64,000 nucleotides of DNA. It comes from an uncultured Candidatus Saccharibacteria bacterium (lineage in GTDB: Bacteria; Patescibacteriota; Minisyncoccia; Phycocordibacterales; UBA9973). The translations under genes and the position numbers were made by a program. The notes beneath the pieces were generated by a model that worked only from the letters and a program-made list of their open reading frames with translations, did no database searches and was not told the DNA's origin. Positions 52,656 to 62,761 of the stretch are shown here, one piece after another; position 1 is the first letter of the stretch; the number at the start of each line of letters is the position of its first letter. The stretch spans positions 2,106 to 66,105 of the forward strand of contig CAYOLW010000001.1 of the NCBI GenBank assembly GCA_964404925.1, in the 5' to 3' direction.

Positions 52656-52684
52656 AAACCCGCGAAAGCGGGTTTTCTTTTAGC
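52656..52684 (+). terminator. Rho-independent terminator after rpsT.
   Basis: The hairpin aaaacccgc-gaaa-gcgggtttt is followed by a T-run. Confidence 0.75.
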
Positions 52685-52685
52685 C

Positions 52686-53498
52686 ATGTTTAAAAAAGAA
52701 AATCTGTTTAAAACAATTTTAAAAATAGTCACAATAATATTTGCTATTATTGGTTTTATTTTTGTCATGGTTTTTTGTGCTATGCAGTTCGGGTGGTTAA
52801 ATGTGCCAGGTACGATTAAAGATCGTAATTCATTTTTCTCTGAAATTAAAAAGAAGCCAAATTTTGCTTTTACTCCGGAGTGGGGAGTGTTAGGAGATGC
52901 ATTTCTTAAAGATAAAGAAGTTATACAAAAGGTATCATCCGAGACTGATATATCAGAACGCATGTTGATTGCTACTATTACCCCTGAACAGTTACGTTTC
53001 TTTACCTCCAACCGAGAGTCATATAAAAAGTATTTTGAACCACTTAAGATTCTAGGTGTTATGTCTCAGTTTTCTTTAGGTGTGTCTGGGATGAAACCAG
53101 AAACTGCTATTTTTATAGAAAAAAACTTAACAGATAAACAGTCGCCATTTTATCTTGGTAAAAAGTATGAAAAAATATTAGCCTATCAAGAAGGGGAAGA
53201 CCGTAATGCTGTTTTATATCAAAGACTAACAAATCCAAAAGATCGTTACTATCAATATTTATATACAGCTTTGTTTATTAAACAAATAGAGAAACAGTGG
53301 AATGACGCAGGATATAATGTTGAAAACAAGCCAGAAATTATTGCTACTATTTTTAATTTAGGATTTGATAAATCCAAACCTAAAAGAAATCCAGTTTTAG
53401 GTGGAGCGGAAGTTTCACTTGGTGGGGAGACATATATTTTTGGGGAACTAGCCTATCAGTTTTATTTTTCTGATGAGCTAAAATCCTATTTTCCATAG
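52686..53498 (+). CDS. N-terminally anchored hypothetical protein (270 aa).
   Basis: The transmembrane segment is ILKIVTIIFAIIGFIFVMVFCAM. No family is recognised. Confidence 0.4.
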   Translation: MFKKENLFKTILKIVTIIFAIIGFIFVMVFCAMQFGWLNVPGTIKDRNSFFSEIKKKPNFAFTPEWGVLGDAFLKDKEVIQKVSSETDISERMLIATITPEQLRFFTSNRESYKKYFEPLKILGVMSQFSLGVSGMKPETAIFIEKNLTDKQSPFYLGKKYEKILAYQEGEDRNAVLYQRLTNPKDRYYQYLYTALFIKQIEKQWNDAGYNVENKPEIIATIFNLGFDKSKPKRNPVLGGAEVSLGGETYIFGELAYQFYFSDELKSYFP

Positions 53499-53501
53499 AG
53501 T

Positions 53502-54185
53502 TTAGAGTTGTAAAAGAGACAAGAATTTTTCTAACTCTGTTCCAGTAATTTCTCGTGTTTGATTTTGTTTTAAATCTCCAAGTTTGATGTTCATCACTCG
53601 AATACGTTTTAATTCTGCTACTTCTTGAAATAGCGCTACACACATTCGGCGAATTTGGTGTTTCTTTCCTTCGGTTAAGGTAACTCTGAATTTATCTACA
53701 TCTAGTATTTCTACTTTACATGGTTTGGTTTGATAACCTTCTATATTTACACCCTTCTCCATTTTGTCTTTGAAGCTAGATCGTAAGTGGCCTTTAACTC
53801 GCACATCATATCCTTTCTCGTGTTCAAATTTTGGATTCAAAAGCCTGTCAGTTATTCTTCCGTCATTCGTAAGCAGCATGAGTCCGTGTGAGGCTTTGTC
53901 GATGCGGCCAACAGGGAATACTCCAGCCGTTTTTAATTTGGGCATTCTTTCGATTATGTCTTCTGTTTGTACGCCAATTGGTTTATTGTAAGCAAAGTAA
54001 ACATACTTTTGCTTTTCTAAGCCTTTGACATCTACCTTGTCTGATTCACCTACCTTGTCTCCGAGCTTGGCTTTTTTACCATTTATAAAAACTTTGCCCG
54101 ACTCAATAAGTACATCAGCGCCTCGGCGAGTCGAAATACCCTTCAAAGCTAAATATTTATTAATACGCATGGGATAATTTTCCAT
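53502..54185 (-). CDS. rRNA pseudouridine synthase (RsuA/RluB family) with an N-terminal S4 domain.
   Basis: The S4 region is MRINKYLALKGISTRRGADVLIESGKVFINGK. The catalytic motif is GRIDKASHGLMLLTNDG. Confidence 0.8.
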   Translation of the reverse strand: MENYPMRINKYLALKGISTRRGADVLIESGKVFINGKKAKLGDKVGESDKVDVKGLEKQKYVYFAYNKPIGVQTEDIIERMPKLKTAGVFPVGRIDKASHGLMLLTNDGRITDRLLNPKFEHEKGYDVRVKGHLRSSFKDKMEKGVNIEGYQTKPCKVEILDVDKFRVTLTEGKKHQIRRMCVALFQEVAELKRIRVMNIKLGDLKQNQTREITGTELEKFLSLLQL

Positions 54186-54264
54186 TACCGCATTATAGAC
54201 TTTTTTATAAAAACTGCTAATGTAGGAGTATTACCCATCGTTTTGATGAGTAGGGTTTAAATAT

Positions 54265-54339
54265 GCCCTCGTAGTTTAATGGATAGAATGCGAGCTTGCG
54301 GAGTTTGCGATCCAGGTTCGATTCCTGGCGAGGGCACCA
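54265..54339 (+). tRNA. tRNA-Arg (anticodon GCG by manual fold), with CCA encoded.
   Basis: The acceptor is GCCCUCG/CGAGGGC with discriminator A and CCA. The D-loop is UAAUGGAUAG. The anticodon stem CGAGC/GUUUG has two G-U pairs, and the loop UUGCGGA gives anticodon G34-C35-G36. The T-arm is CCAGG-UUCGAUU-CCUGG. Confidence 0.7.
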
Positions 54340-54395
54340 AAACAAAACTTAAAAACACTTACATAAGAGTAAGTGTTTTTAAGTTTTGTTTCCAC
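54340..54395 (+). terminator. Long perfect palindrome (arms of about 24 bp) after the tRNA-Arg gene, a likely terminator.
   Basis: The arms aaaacaaaacttaaaaacacttac and taagtgtttttaagttttgtttcc are separated by ataagag. Confidence 0.55.
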
Positions 54396-54406
54396 AACCA
54401 ATTAGT

Positions 54407-54435
54407 TTGACGTATACCCCCTGGGGGTATAGACT
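54407..54435 (+). promoter_or_regulatory. Copper-operon promoter with an embedded CsoR-type operator. The perfect 9-1-9 palindrome TATACCCCC-T-GGGGGTATA sits between the -35 and -10 elements.
   Basis: TTGACG is at 54407-54412, the palindrome at 54413-54431, and TAGACT or TATAGA follows. It matches the GC-rich ATACC...GGTAT architecture of known CsoR operators and lies directly upstream of csoR. Confidence 0.7.
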
Positions 54436-54441
54436 GTAGAC

Positions 54442-54720
54442 ATGCATACAGATAATAAAAAAAGCGATAAGCAAAAATTAATTAAAAGATTAAAAATAAT
54501 CGAAGGACAAGTGCGCGGGCTGCAAGGGATGATCGACAAAGATACATATTGTATTGATGTAATTACTCAGACTTCAGCGATCAAGCAGGGTTTGTCAGGT
54601 GTTGAGGATGAACTTTTGAAGGGCCACTTGGGCCATTGTGTTGTAAACCAAATCAAAAGAGGGGAAACAGATAAAGCTACCAAAGAAATATTAAAAGTTT
54701 ATCAATTAAAGAAAAAATAA
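54442..54720 (+). CDS. csoR: Copper-sensing transcriptional repressor CsoR (CsoR/RcnR, DUF156 family).
   Basis: RLKIIEGQVRGLQGMIDKDTYCIDVITQTSAI...HLGHCV is present, with the conserved metal-ligand Cys and His-Cys. Confidence 0.85.
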   Translation: MHTDNKKSDKQKLIKRLKIIEGQVRGLQGMIDKDTYCIDVITQTSAIKQGLSGVEDELLKGHLGHCVVNQIKRGETDKATKEILKVYQLKKK

Positions 54721-54724
54721 TTTT

Positions 54725-55288
54725 ATGTCTAAAATTTCAACAACGTTAGCCGTTTCTCTCATGGTTGTTACTGGCGTACTGGGGGGAGTAGTAGGATACG
54801 CCAACACTCCAGAATATAAATCTAGCATGTATGATAAAACAACCATGGATCTGGGTCGGGCAGATAGAACCCTTGACCTTCGGTATATTAATGCAATGGT
54901 TGCTCACCATAGAGGGGCGATGCTTTTAGCAGAGCAAGTATTAACACAAACCGAGCGTCCAGAAATGAAAGGACTTGCAGAGATGATTTTAAAAGACGAA
55001 CCAGCGGCAATCGACGAACTTTATCGATGGAAGGCAGATTGGTATAAAGATACCCGCAAGGTAAAAGATTCTGTGGTGTCGAATCTCGGAACATACGATG
55101 AAAAATTCGACCTCCGTTTCCTTAACGCTCTCATTGCACACCATGAAGCGGGCTTGTTAATGACCAGTGAAGTAAAGGCTAAGTCCAGCAGGAATGAGAT
55201 TTTAAATAACGCAGATGCAGTAGATGCATTCTTGACGACAACATCAAAGGTTTTAAAAGATTGGAGGGCAGAGTGGTATAACATCTAA
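54725..55288 (+). CDS. DUF305-family protein (tandem four-helix repeats), secreted or anchored and associated with copper resistance.
   Basis: Two HH-containing repeats are [14 protein letters not shown] and [14 protein letters not shown]. An N-terminal hydrophobic segment is present. Confidence 0.7.
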   Translation: MSKISTTLAVSLMVVTGVLGGVVGYANTPEYKSSMYDKTTMDLGRADRTLDLRYINAMVAHHRGAMLLAEQVLTQTERPEMKGLAEMILKDEPAAIDELYRWKADWYKDTRKVKDSVVSNLGTYDEKFDLRFLNALIAHHEAGLLMTSEVKAKSSRNEILNNADAVDAFLTTTSKVLKDWRAEWYNI

Positions 55289-55302
55289 CACAAAATTTTT
55301 AT

Positions 55303-57573
55303 ATGGCTAACAAAATACTAAAAATTAAAGGAATGCATTGTGCAAGTTGTGCCGCTATCATCACCAACAAAGTTTCAAAGCTGCCAGGAGTAGATAGTAT
55401 CAATGTTAATCCCGCAACAGAAAAAGCGATGGTGTCTTTTAACGCAGAGGTGGTTTCTGTGCCTCAAATGAATAGTGAGATTGAGAAACTTGGGTATGCA
55501 TTTCTTGATGAAGACGAATCAAAAACAATAGAAGACCACAGTATGCATACAGGGATGAACCAATCCAAAGATGAAAAGATGAAAGAATTACTGGACATGA
55601 AAACAAAGACCCAATTTGTTCTGCCCGTCGCCCTCCTCGTTTTTGTTCTTATGATGTGGGACATTGGTGCCAAGTTGGTCACTTCCATCCCAAACATTCC
55701 TTTACCAATGTCTATCTTCAACACCATTTCTATGGTGCTTGCGAGTATTGTAATTTTTTGGATTGGGCAACCTTTTTTGAAAGGAGTAGTGAGGTTTTTT
55801 AAGTATCGTGTTGCTAACATGGATACCTTGATAGGTATTGGAACTCTTGTTGCGTATCTTTATAGTATTAGCATTACATTATTTCCGCAGATTAGAATCG
55901 CTTTAAATCTTCCGGAATTTACATATTTTGATGTTACTATCGTTGTTATTGGTTTTGTAATGCTCGGCAAATACTTGGAAGCACGATCAAAACTTCGTAC
56001 CGGGGAAGCGATAGAAAAACTTCTGGGCCTTCAGGCAAAAACAGCATTACTCTGGCGCGATGGCGTAGAGGTTGAAGTTCCTGTAAATGAAGTGCAAATA
56101 GGAGACACTCTTATTGTAAAGCCAGGGTCAAAAATACCGGTTGACGGAGTTATTGTTGAAGGATACTCATCTCTCGATGAGTCTATGATTACAGGAGAAT
56201 CCATTCCTGTAGATAAAAAAGTAGGGGACTTGGTGGTGGGGGCAACAATTAATAAACAAGGCAATTTCAAATTTAAAGCTACAAAAGTTGGGTCTGATAC
56301 CGTGCTTGCTCAGATAATAAAAATGGTGGAAGAAGCACAGGGTTCCCGTGCCCCTATTCAGGCTTTAGCTGATAAAATATCTAGTGTATTTGTACCAGTT
56401 GTCCTGGTTATAGCAATACTGGCACTAGTCACTTGGCTTACTATTGGTGCGTCGTTTCTAGGATTCTCGAGTGCTCTTTCTTACGGCATCCTTTCTTTTG
56501 TCGGTGTTTTAGTCATTGCTTGTCCTTGTGCATTAGGACTTGCTACTCCAACCGCGATTATTGTTGGAGTGGGTAAAGGGGCAGAATACGGCATCCTTAT
56601 TCGAAACGCTGAAGCGCTAGAGAAGCTCAGTCACGTAGATACTATAGTGCTTGATAAGACAGGAACAATTACCAAAGGGAAACCAGAAGTTACAGATGTC
56701 ATCTCTCTTGATTCTGGATGGACAGAAAAAGACTTGCTTCTTGTAAGTGCAAGTATAGAAAAACTTTCAGAGCATCCTCTGGCAGACGCTGTTGTTGCTA
56801 AAGCCAAAGAGCAAAAAATTGAACTTGAAACAGTTGCAAATTTTCAAGCCTTTGAAGGGGTTGGGGTAGAAGGTACGATCAATAATAAGCATATATCAAT
56901 CCATAAACCATCCGGAGATAATTCAAAAGAAAGCAAGATTAAGTATCTGCAAGAGCAAGGAAAAACTGTTGTGATTGTAGAAGTTGATAAAAAACAGATT
57001 GGGCTTATTGCGCTTTCAGATACATTAAAGGAAGAGTCAAAAGAGGCCATTGTGAAACTTCATGCTAGAAATATTAAAGTAATAATGTTGACTGGTGATA
57101 ACCATTTAGCAGCAAATTACATTGCAAAACTTGCAGGCATTGATGAGGTCATTGCAGAGGTAATGTCACAAGAAAAGAGTGGCAAAATAAAGGAATTACA
57201 AGACAAGGGTGCTATTGTGGCAATGGTTGGTGACGGCATCAACGATGCCCCAGCGCTGGTACAAGCCGATGTGGGTATAGCTATGGGCACTGGCACAGAC
57301 GTAGCCATAGAGTCCGCAGGAATAACCCTCCTGGGTGGTGATGTTTCAAAAATCGCCAAGACGATAAAGTTGTCCAAGATTACCATGAGGGGAATAAAAC
57401 AAAACCTGTTCTGGGCCTTCGTTTTCAATGTTGTTGGCATACCACTTGCAGCCGGGCTATTCTATCCTATTTTTGGCTGGTTCTTGTCTCCAGTTTTTGC
57501 AGGGATGGCTATGGCGATGTCTTCCGTATCTGTGGTTGGAAACTCTCTTAGAATTAAAAGTATTAAATTATAA
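55303..57573 (+). CDS. copA: Copper-translocating P1B-type ATPase CopA.
   Basis: The HMA motif is GMHCASCA. The membrane motif is CPC, the phosphorylation site is DKTGTIT, and the hinge GDGINDAP is present. Confidence 0.95.
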   Translation: MANKILKIKGMHCASCAAIITNKVSKLPGVDSINVNPATEKAMVSFNAEVVSVPQMNSEIEKLGYAFLDEDESKTIEDHSMHTGMNQSKDEKMKELLDMKTKTQFVLPVALLVFVLMMWDIGAKLVTSIPNIPLPMSIFNTISMVLASIVIFWIGQPFLKGVVRFFKYRVANMDTLIGIGTLVAYLYSISITLFPQIRIALNLPEFTYFDVTIVVIGFVMLGKYLEARSKLRTGEAIEKLLGLQAKTALLWRDGVEVEVPVNEVQIGDTLIVKPGSKIPVDGVIVEGYSSLDESMITGESIPVDKKVGDLVVGATINKQGNFKFKATKVGSDTVLAQIIKMVEEAQGSRAPIQALADKISSVFVPVVLVIAILALVTWLTIGASFLGFSSALSYGILSFVGVLVIACPCALGLATPTAIIVGVGKGAEYGILIRNAEALEKLSHVDTIVLDKTGTITKGKPEVTDVISLDSGWTEKDLLLVSASIEKLSEHPLADAVVAKAKEQKIELETVANFQAFEGVGVEGTINNKHISIHKPSGDNSKESKIKYLQEQGKTVVIVEVDKKQIGLIALSDTLKEESKEAIVKLHARNIKVIMLTGDNHLAANYIAKLAGIDEVIAEVMSQEKSGKIKELQDKGAIVAMVGDGINDAPALVQADVGIAMGTGTDVAIESAGITLLGGDVSKIAKTIKLSKITMRGIKQNLFWAFVFNVVGIPLAAGLFYPIFGWFLSPVFAGMAMAMSSVSVVGNSLRIKSIKL

Positions 57574-57576
57574 TTT

Positions 57577-58590
57577 ATGCAAAAATATACATTTCATGTT
57601 TCGGGTACACATTGTGCATCGTGCAAAATCTTGATTGAAGATGTTTTGAAAGAGCAGGATATTGTTCAAACCGCAGAAGTAAATTTGAAGAATCAAACAG
57701 TTTCAGTAGAAAGTTCTCAGGATGTAGCCGAAGAAGAGCTAGCACAAACTTTAACCGAGAAAATAAAACCTCATGGTTATACTTTATCTGTTGAAAAAGT
57801 AATTCAAGAAAAACAAAGCATTGATGTTATTTGGACTGCGATACCCATTGGACTTCTTTTTCTGGCCTTGTTTTTTGTATTACAGAAGTCTGGGGTTTTA
57901 AATTTAGGATTTGGTAGTACAGTTACTCCAGTTACTAGTTTCTTTATCGGACTCATTGCTTCAGTGTCTTCGTGTTTGGCTGTTGTAGGCGGACTGGTTC
58001 TTTCACTTTCTGCCAAGGTTTCCGAAGACGGGGATAATACGATAGATAAAAAGAATTTTACCCTTTTCCATGTCGGTAGAATCGCAAGTTTTGCACTACT
58101 TGGTGGTGTGCTCGGATCAGTCGGGGGAGTGTTAGGGGTTAACTTTATATTTACTGCAATACTCGGAATTCTCGCTTCAGTTATCATGCTTCTCTTAGGG
58201 CTCAATCTTGTAGGAATTTTCGCCAGGAATAAAGTTACACTGCCTGCAGGACTTTTTAACTTTTTTAGGAAAATAGAACACAAGACTTTGACTCCACTTA
58301 TCATTGGTTTTGCTACATTCTTTCTCCCGTGTGGCTTCACTCAATCAATGCAGGTAGTAGCACTTTCTAGTGGGTCATTTGTATCGGGAATGTTAATCAT
58401 GCTCACCTTCTCACTTGGCACGTTGCCTGTGCTGGCGTTGCTTTCTTTTGGTTCGGCTTCTTTCGCACACTCTCGTTACGCACCACTTTTCTTCAAGTCT
58501 GCTGGGGTAGTAGTGATCGGACTTGGACTTTTCGCACTTCTTTCTGGACTTGCCGGACTAGGTATTATTCCGCCGTTGTTTAATATATAG
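57577..58590 (+). CDS. HMA-domain protein fused to a DsbD_2/CcdA-like multi-TM domain, a putative metal-handling membrane protein.
   Basis: The N-terminal motif is GTHCASCK. The membrane core carries FFLPCGFTQSMQVVALSSGS...FSLGTLP, a DsbD_2-type pattern. Confidence 0.6.
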   Translation: MQKYTFHVSGTHCASCKILIEDVLKEQDIVQTAEVNLKNQTVSVESSQDVAEEELAQTLTEKIKPHGYTLSVEKVIQEKQSIDVIWTAIPIGLLFLALFFVLQKSGVLNLGFGSTVTPVTSFFIGLIASVSSCLAVVGGLVLSLSAKVSEDGDNTIDKKNFTLFHVGRIASFALLGGVLGSVGGVLGVNFIFTAILGILASVIMLLLGLNLVGIFARNKVTLPAGLFNFFRKIEHKTLTPLIIGFATFFLPCGFTQSMQVVALSSGSFVSGMLIMLTFSLGTLPVLALLSFGSASFAHSRYAPLFFKSAGVVVIGLGLFALLSGLAGLGIIPPLFNI

Positions 58591-58594
58591 TAAG

Positions 58595-59029
58595 ATGAAA
58601 CAACCAATGCAAAGTTCAAAAAATACAAAAGAAGACAAAAAAATAACAAGATCTGTTCTGATCGTAATCGCAGTTCTGTTTTTTGTAGGGCTTGGTTTTG
58701 TGGTTTCAAGTGGCCCAAAAAATTCAAACTCAGGCAGCGTAGTGGAAAATGTAGCAATAAAAGACGGTGTGCAGTATGTGACCATTAATGCTAAAGGAGG
58801 GTATTTGCCAAGAGTTTCAAGCGCCAAGGCAGATATACCAACAAAGTTAATTATGAATACCACTGGTACCTTTGACTGCTCAGCTTCTCTTACTATTCCA
58901 AAACTCGGGATTAGAAAAATGCTACCCCCTAATGGCGAGGAGATAATAGATTTAGGTATTCCAAAGGTTGGTACCTTAGATGGGTTGTGTAGTATGGGGA
59001 TGTACAGTTTCTCGATCGACTTCAAATAG
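58595..59029 (+). CDS. Small anchored protein with a possible cupredoxin-like beta-sandwich.
   Basis: The N-terminal transmembrane segment is followed by the C-terminal ...GTFDCSASL...GLCSMGMY pattern, which is reminiscent of cupredoxin-like proteins in copper operons. This identification is weak. Confidence 0.35.
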   Translation: MKQPMQSSKNTKEDKKITRSVLIVIAVLFFVGLGFVVSSGPKNSNSGSVVENVAIKDGVQYVTINAKGGYLPRVSSAKADIPTKLIMNTTGTFDCSASLTIPKLGIRKMLPPNGEEIIDLGIPKVGTLDGLCSMGMYSFSIDFK

Positions 59030-59077
59030 TCTAAGTTAAATTTAAATCGTATTCTCAATAGAGGCCAAAAATAGATA

Positions 59078-59554
59078 CTAGAAACCTATTGCGTTCATTA
59101 TCTTTTCGGTTGGGTGTTCAGCCATTTCTTCTTCTTCAACACCAGCATCTAAAAAGATTGCTTGGATGTCTTCTGCTTGTTCGTTTTCTATTGGTATGGA
59201 TAAATAATGAGCAAACATCTTTTTTGTTTTTAAAAATAGCATGGGTGTTGCGTCGTTCTTTACCCAAAAGGTTAGTATTTCGTTATGAGAGAAAAATGTT
59301 TTATCAACCAGGAGACCTTTTTCGTTTAATTCATATCTGGTTATTCCAGGATGTTTCCCAGCTAAATAACCCATCATTAATCCACCTAACACTAAAAATA
59401 TAGCAAAGAAATAATTTTCATAAATTATTGAGGCGATTGAGCCACAAATGACTATAACGCCAAGTGCCCAATACCAGTCATTGGTTTTTTCTTGGTGGAT
59501 ATATTCAGGTTTGTCCCACACGACTATATCTGTATTTTCTGTAGAATTAATCAC
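59078..59554 (-). CDS. Hypothetical membrane protein (158 aa) with two transmembrane segments.
   Basis: The hydrophobic segments are YWALGVIVICGSIASIIYENYFFAIFLVLGGLMMGYLAG. Confidence 0.4.
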   Translation of the reverse strand: MINSTENTDIVVWDKPEYIHQEKTNDWYWALGVIVICGSIASIIYENYFFAIFLVLGGLMMGYLAGKHPGITRYELNEKGLLVDKTFFSHNEILTFWVKNDATPMLFLKTKKMFAHYLSIPIENEQAEDIQAIFLDAGVEEEEMAEHPTEKIMNAIGF

Positions 59555-59609
59555 CTGTGTATTATATCAAACCCACCCAAAAAGTGTCTATTATTTTTAT
59601 TAGCCTTTA

Positions 59610-61262
59610 GTGTATAATGCGGCTATGGAGAAAAAAAATGCGTCAGAAGTTTTCGTCGAATGTTTAGAAAATGAAGGGGTGGAGTATGTTTTCGGAGTCC
59701 CTGGTGAAGAGAACCTGACATTTCTAGAAGCATTACGCAAATCTAAAATTAAATTTATTACTACCAGGCATGAACAGGGTGCGGTATTTATGGCGGCAAC
59801 TTTTGGGCGGCTGACCGGCAAGGTTGGTGTAGCTATGTCGACCTTGGGGCCCGGGGCTACTAATCTTTTTACTGGGGTGGCTTATGCATATCTAGGTGGT
59901 ATGCCGCTACTTGTAATAACAGGACAGAAGCCAATAAAAAACAGTAAGCAAGGAAAATTTCAAATAATCAATGTGGTAAAAATGTTAAACCCAGTTACCA
60001 AATACGCGGAAACTATTATATCAGGTAACCGTGTTCCTGGAATGGTAACCGAGGCTATCAGTTTGGCAGAAAGCGAGAGACCTGGTCCAGTGCACCTTGA
60101 ATTACCAGAAGACATCGCTGAGGAGGGGTGCGATGCTACACCGATAAATTTCTATAAAGTTAGAAGGCCTATCGCTGATGATAAAGCAATTGATTTAGCT
60201 ATGTCTGAAATAGAAAATGCCAAGAGTCCAATTATCGTTATTGCCTCAGGCGGCAACAGAAAACTTGTTCGCAAACAACTAAAGAACTTTATCGACAAAA
60301 CGGGCATACCTTATGTGGCTACTCAAATGGGCAAAGGAGTAGAAGATGAATTTTCACAATTCTATATTGGAACTACGGCTCTGTCTGCTGGAGATTATAT
60401 ACACGAAGCATTGAATGCTGCTGACTTAATAATATCGATTGGTCATGATGTTAGTGAAAAACCACCGATAGTTCTCGACGGTAAAAAACACAAAACAATC
60501 CATATTAATTTTTACCCAGCATCAATCGATGAAGTGTATGTACCTAGCCTGGAGGTGGTGGGTGATATATCCCACACACTGTGGGCATTTTCTGAAAAAA
60601 TAAAAGTAAATCCAGATTGGGATTTCAGAAAGTTCTTTGCTGTTAGAGACACCATTAATGACGATATTGTTAAATTTTCTACAGACAACAGTTTCCCTAT
60701 GCGACCCGAGAGGATTGTAGCAGACGTACAAAAAGTTTTACCAGCTGATGGAATGCTGGCGCTGGATAATGGTATGTATAAAATATGGTTTGCCAGGAAT
60801 TTTAAAGCTCGAGAACAAAATAGCCTTCTACTTGATAATGCATTAGCGACTATGGGTGCGGGCCTGCCTGCTGGTATCGTTGCCAAAATGATTAATAAAG
60901 ACAAGAAAGTTTTAGTAGTGGCTGGAGACGGTGGTTTTATGATGAATGTAGCTGAACTTGAAACAGCAGTTAGGCTTAAGCTAGATTTAGTAGTGCTTAT
61001 TCTAAACGATTCAGGTTACGGAATGATCCGGTGGAAGCAAGGTAATATGCGTTTACCAGAATTTGGCCTTGATTTTAGTAATCCTGATTTTGTAAAACTA
61101 GCTGAATCATTTAGGGCACATGGATATCGAATCAGCAAAGCAGAAGATTTAGCGAGTACACTAGAAAATGCTTTTTCCCAAAGTGGAGTTTCTGTAATCG
61201 ATTGTCCAATTGATTACAAAGTAGCTAATGAATCATTAGACGCTATAAAAAATAAAAAATAA
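59610..61262 (+). CDS. Thiamine-diphosphate enzyme of the acetolactate synthase family (ALS large subunit or catabolic AlsS-like).
   Basis: The N-terminal Pyr domain is GVEYVFGVPGEENL and the C-terminal PP domain is GDGGFMMNVAELETAVR. Length is 550 aa, and the start may be the ATG at 59625. Confidence 0.8.
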   Translation: MYNAAMEKKNASEVFVECLENEGVEYVFGVPGEENLTFLEALRKSKIKFITTRHEQGAVFMAATFGRLTGKVGVAMSTLGPGATNLFTGVAYAYLGGMPLLVITGQKPIKNSKQGKFQIINVVKMLNPVTKYAETIISGNRVPGMVTEAISLAESERPGPVHLELPEDIAEEGCDATPINFYKVRRPIADDKAIDLAMSEIENAKSPIIVIASGGNRKLVRKQLKNFIDKTGIPYVATQMGKGVEDEFSQFYIGTTALSAGDYIHEALNAADLIISIGHDVSEKPPIVLDGKKHKTIHINFYPASIDEVYVPSLEVVGDISHTLWAFSEKIKVNPDWDFRKFFAVRDTINDDIVKFSTDNSFPMRPERIVADVQKVLPADGMLALDNGMYKIWFARNFKAREQNSLLLDNALATMGAGLPAGIVAKMINKDKKVLVVAGDGGFMMNVAELETAVRLKLDLVVLILNDSGYGMIRWKQGNMRLPEFGLDFSNPDFVKLAESFRAHGYRISKAEDLASTLENAFSQSGVSVIDCPIDYKVANESLDAIKNKK

Positions 61263-61263
61263 T

Positions 61264-62628
61264 ATGCCAATACAAACTAAAAATCCATATACGGAAAAGG
61301 TTGAAAAAACCTTTAAATCACTTAGTCACAAGCAAATTCATGCCGGGGTTAAAAAAGCCGAAAAAGCATATGAATCTTGGAGAGATATTCCATTAAAGAA
61401 GAGGGTGCAGTATGTGAAAAAGATTGCAAAAGTTTTAAGGAAAAACAAAGAAGTATATGCAGAGATAATTACCCGTGAAGTTGGCAAACCCATAACTCAG
61501 TCAATCGCTGAAATAGAAAAATCTGCCTGGAATGCAGAATATATTGCTGAAAATGGACCCAAATTTTTAGCTGATGAGCATATAAAAACTGAAGCTTTAG
61601 AAAGCTTTGTGCGGTATGAGTCGCTCGGGGTTGTGTTGGCAGTCATGCCTTGGAATTTTCCAATGTGGCAAGTGTTTCGTTTTGCCTCTTTGGCACTACT
61701 TGCAGGTAATGCCTGTATTTTGAAACATGCTTCTAATGTGCCCCAGACTGCTTTGCTCATAGAGAGGATAATCCTTGAAGCTGGAATTCCAAGGGATACC
61801 TTTCAAAGTTTATTTATAGAATCTCGTGACATTGAAGAAGTTATTAAGCAAGATTCTGTGCAGATAGTAATACTCACAGGCGGTGAGAAGGCAGGCAGTG
61901 AAGTAGGGGCTTTGGCTGGTAAATATATTAAAAAAAGTGTGCTTGAACTCGGAGGTGCTGACCCGTACATAATACTTAAAGACGCAGATTTAGAAAAAGC
62001 AGTAAAAGAGGGAGTGAAGGCCCGAATGTTAAATGCCGGACAGGTATGTATATCTCCGAAGAGGTTTATTATAGAAGAGAAAGTTTATGATAAAGTTCGT
62101 GATTTATTCATTCGCGAATTAGATATGGTTAAAGTAGGAAATCCAATAGATAAAGAAACCACGTTAGGTCCTCTAGCCAGAGAAGATTCTAGAGAAGAGT
62201 TGAATGATCAGATACAACGTGCAATCAAAAAAGGTGCAAGAATAGTGCGTGGAGGTAAAAAGATTCCAGGCACTGGATATTTCTATGAGCCGACGCTACT
62301 CGACAATATTACAAAAAATAATCCTGCATTTACAGAAGAACTTTTTGGTCCGGTTGTTTGTCTTGTGAAAGCAAAAGATTGGAAAGACGCAGTGATTTTA
62401 GCCAATGATCACATCTATGGACTTGCTGGTTCTGTGTGGGGAAAGAATGATAAAATCATAAGAGAAATTGCTGACAAGCTTGTTGTGGGAACTGTGTCTG
62501 TGAACAGTATTGTTGTATCAGATCCAAGGCTTCCTTTGGGTGGCGCCAAGCGTTCAGGTTATGGGCGTGAAATGGCTTCGCACGGTATTCGGGAGTTTAC
62601 TAATATAAAAACTATTGTAATTAAATAA
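61264..62628 (+). CDS. NAD(P)-dependent aldehyde dehydrogenase, succinate-semialdehyde dehydrogenase-like.
   Basis: ALDH motifs are VMPWNFPMWQ, the Glu in LELGGADP, and the catalytic Cys in GQVCISPKRF. Length is 454 aa. Confidence 0.85.
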   Translation: MPIQTKNPYTEKVEKTFKSLSHKQIHAGVKKAEKAYESWRDIPLKKRVQYVKKIAKVLRKNKEVYAEIITREVGKPITQSIAEIEKSAWNAEYIAENGPKFLADEHIKTEALESFVRYESLGVVLAVMPWNFPMWQVFRFASLALLAGNACILKHASNVPQTALLIERIILEAGIPRDTFQSLFIESRDIEEVIKQDSVQIVILTGGEKAGSEVGALAGKYIKKSVLELGGADPYIILKDADLEKAVKEGVKARMLNAGQVCISPKRFIIEEKVYDKVRDLFIRELDMVKVGNPIDKETTLGPLAREDSREELNDQIQRAIKKGARIVRGGKKIPGTGYFYEPTLLDNITKNNPAFTEELFGPVVCLVKAKDWKDAVILANDHIYGLAGSVWGKNDKIIREIADKLVVGTVSVNSIVVSDPRLPLGGAKRSGYGREMASHGIREFTNIKTIVIK

Positions 62629-62642
62629 TATTGAATAATTTT

Positions 62643-62672
62643 AGCCCTTCTATTTATGGAGGGCTTGTTTGT
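62643..62672 (+). terminator. Rho-independent terminator after the ALDH gene.
   Basis: The hairpin agccct-tctatttatgg-agggct is followed by a T-rich tail. Confidence 0.5.
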
Positions 62673-62761
62673 AATTATAATCTGTTCGAATCGGCATCAG
62701 TCGTATGAGAAGTCGAACTCAGATTATTATCTCAAATTATTAAAATAAATATATAAATTTT

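Noticed and set aside
57428-57634. A small ORF spanning the copA / HMA-DsbD_2 junction, and other 60-100-aa overlapping ORFs in the copper operon.
   Set aside because: They are out-of-frame overlaps with high-confidence genes.
62675-62740. An imperfect inverted repeat (taatctgttcgaa ... tcgaactcagatta) upstream of the PG-binding protein gene as a regulator site.
   Set aside because: The arms are only approximately complementary and no partner regulator is evident. It is mentioned only as weak.
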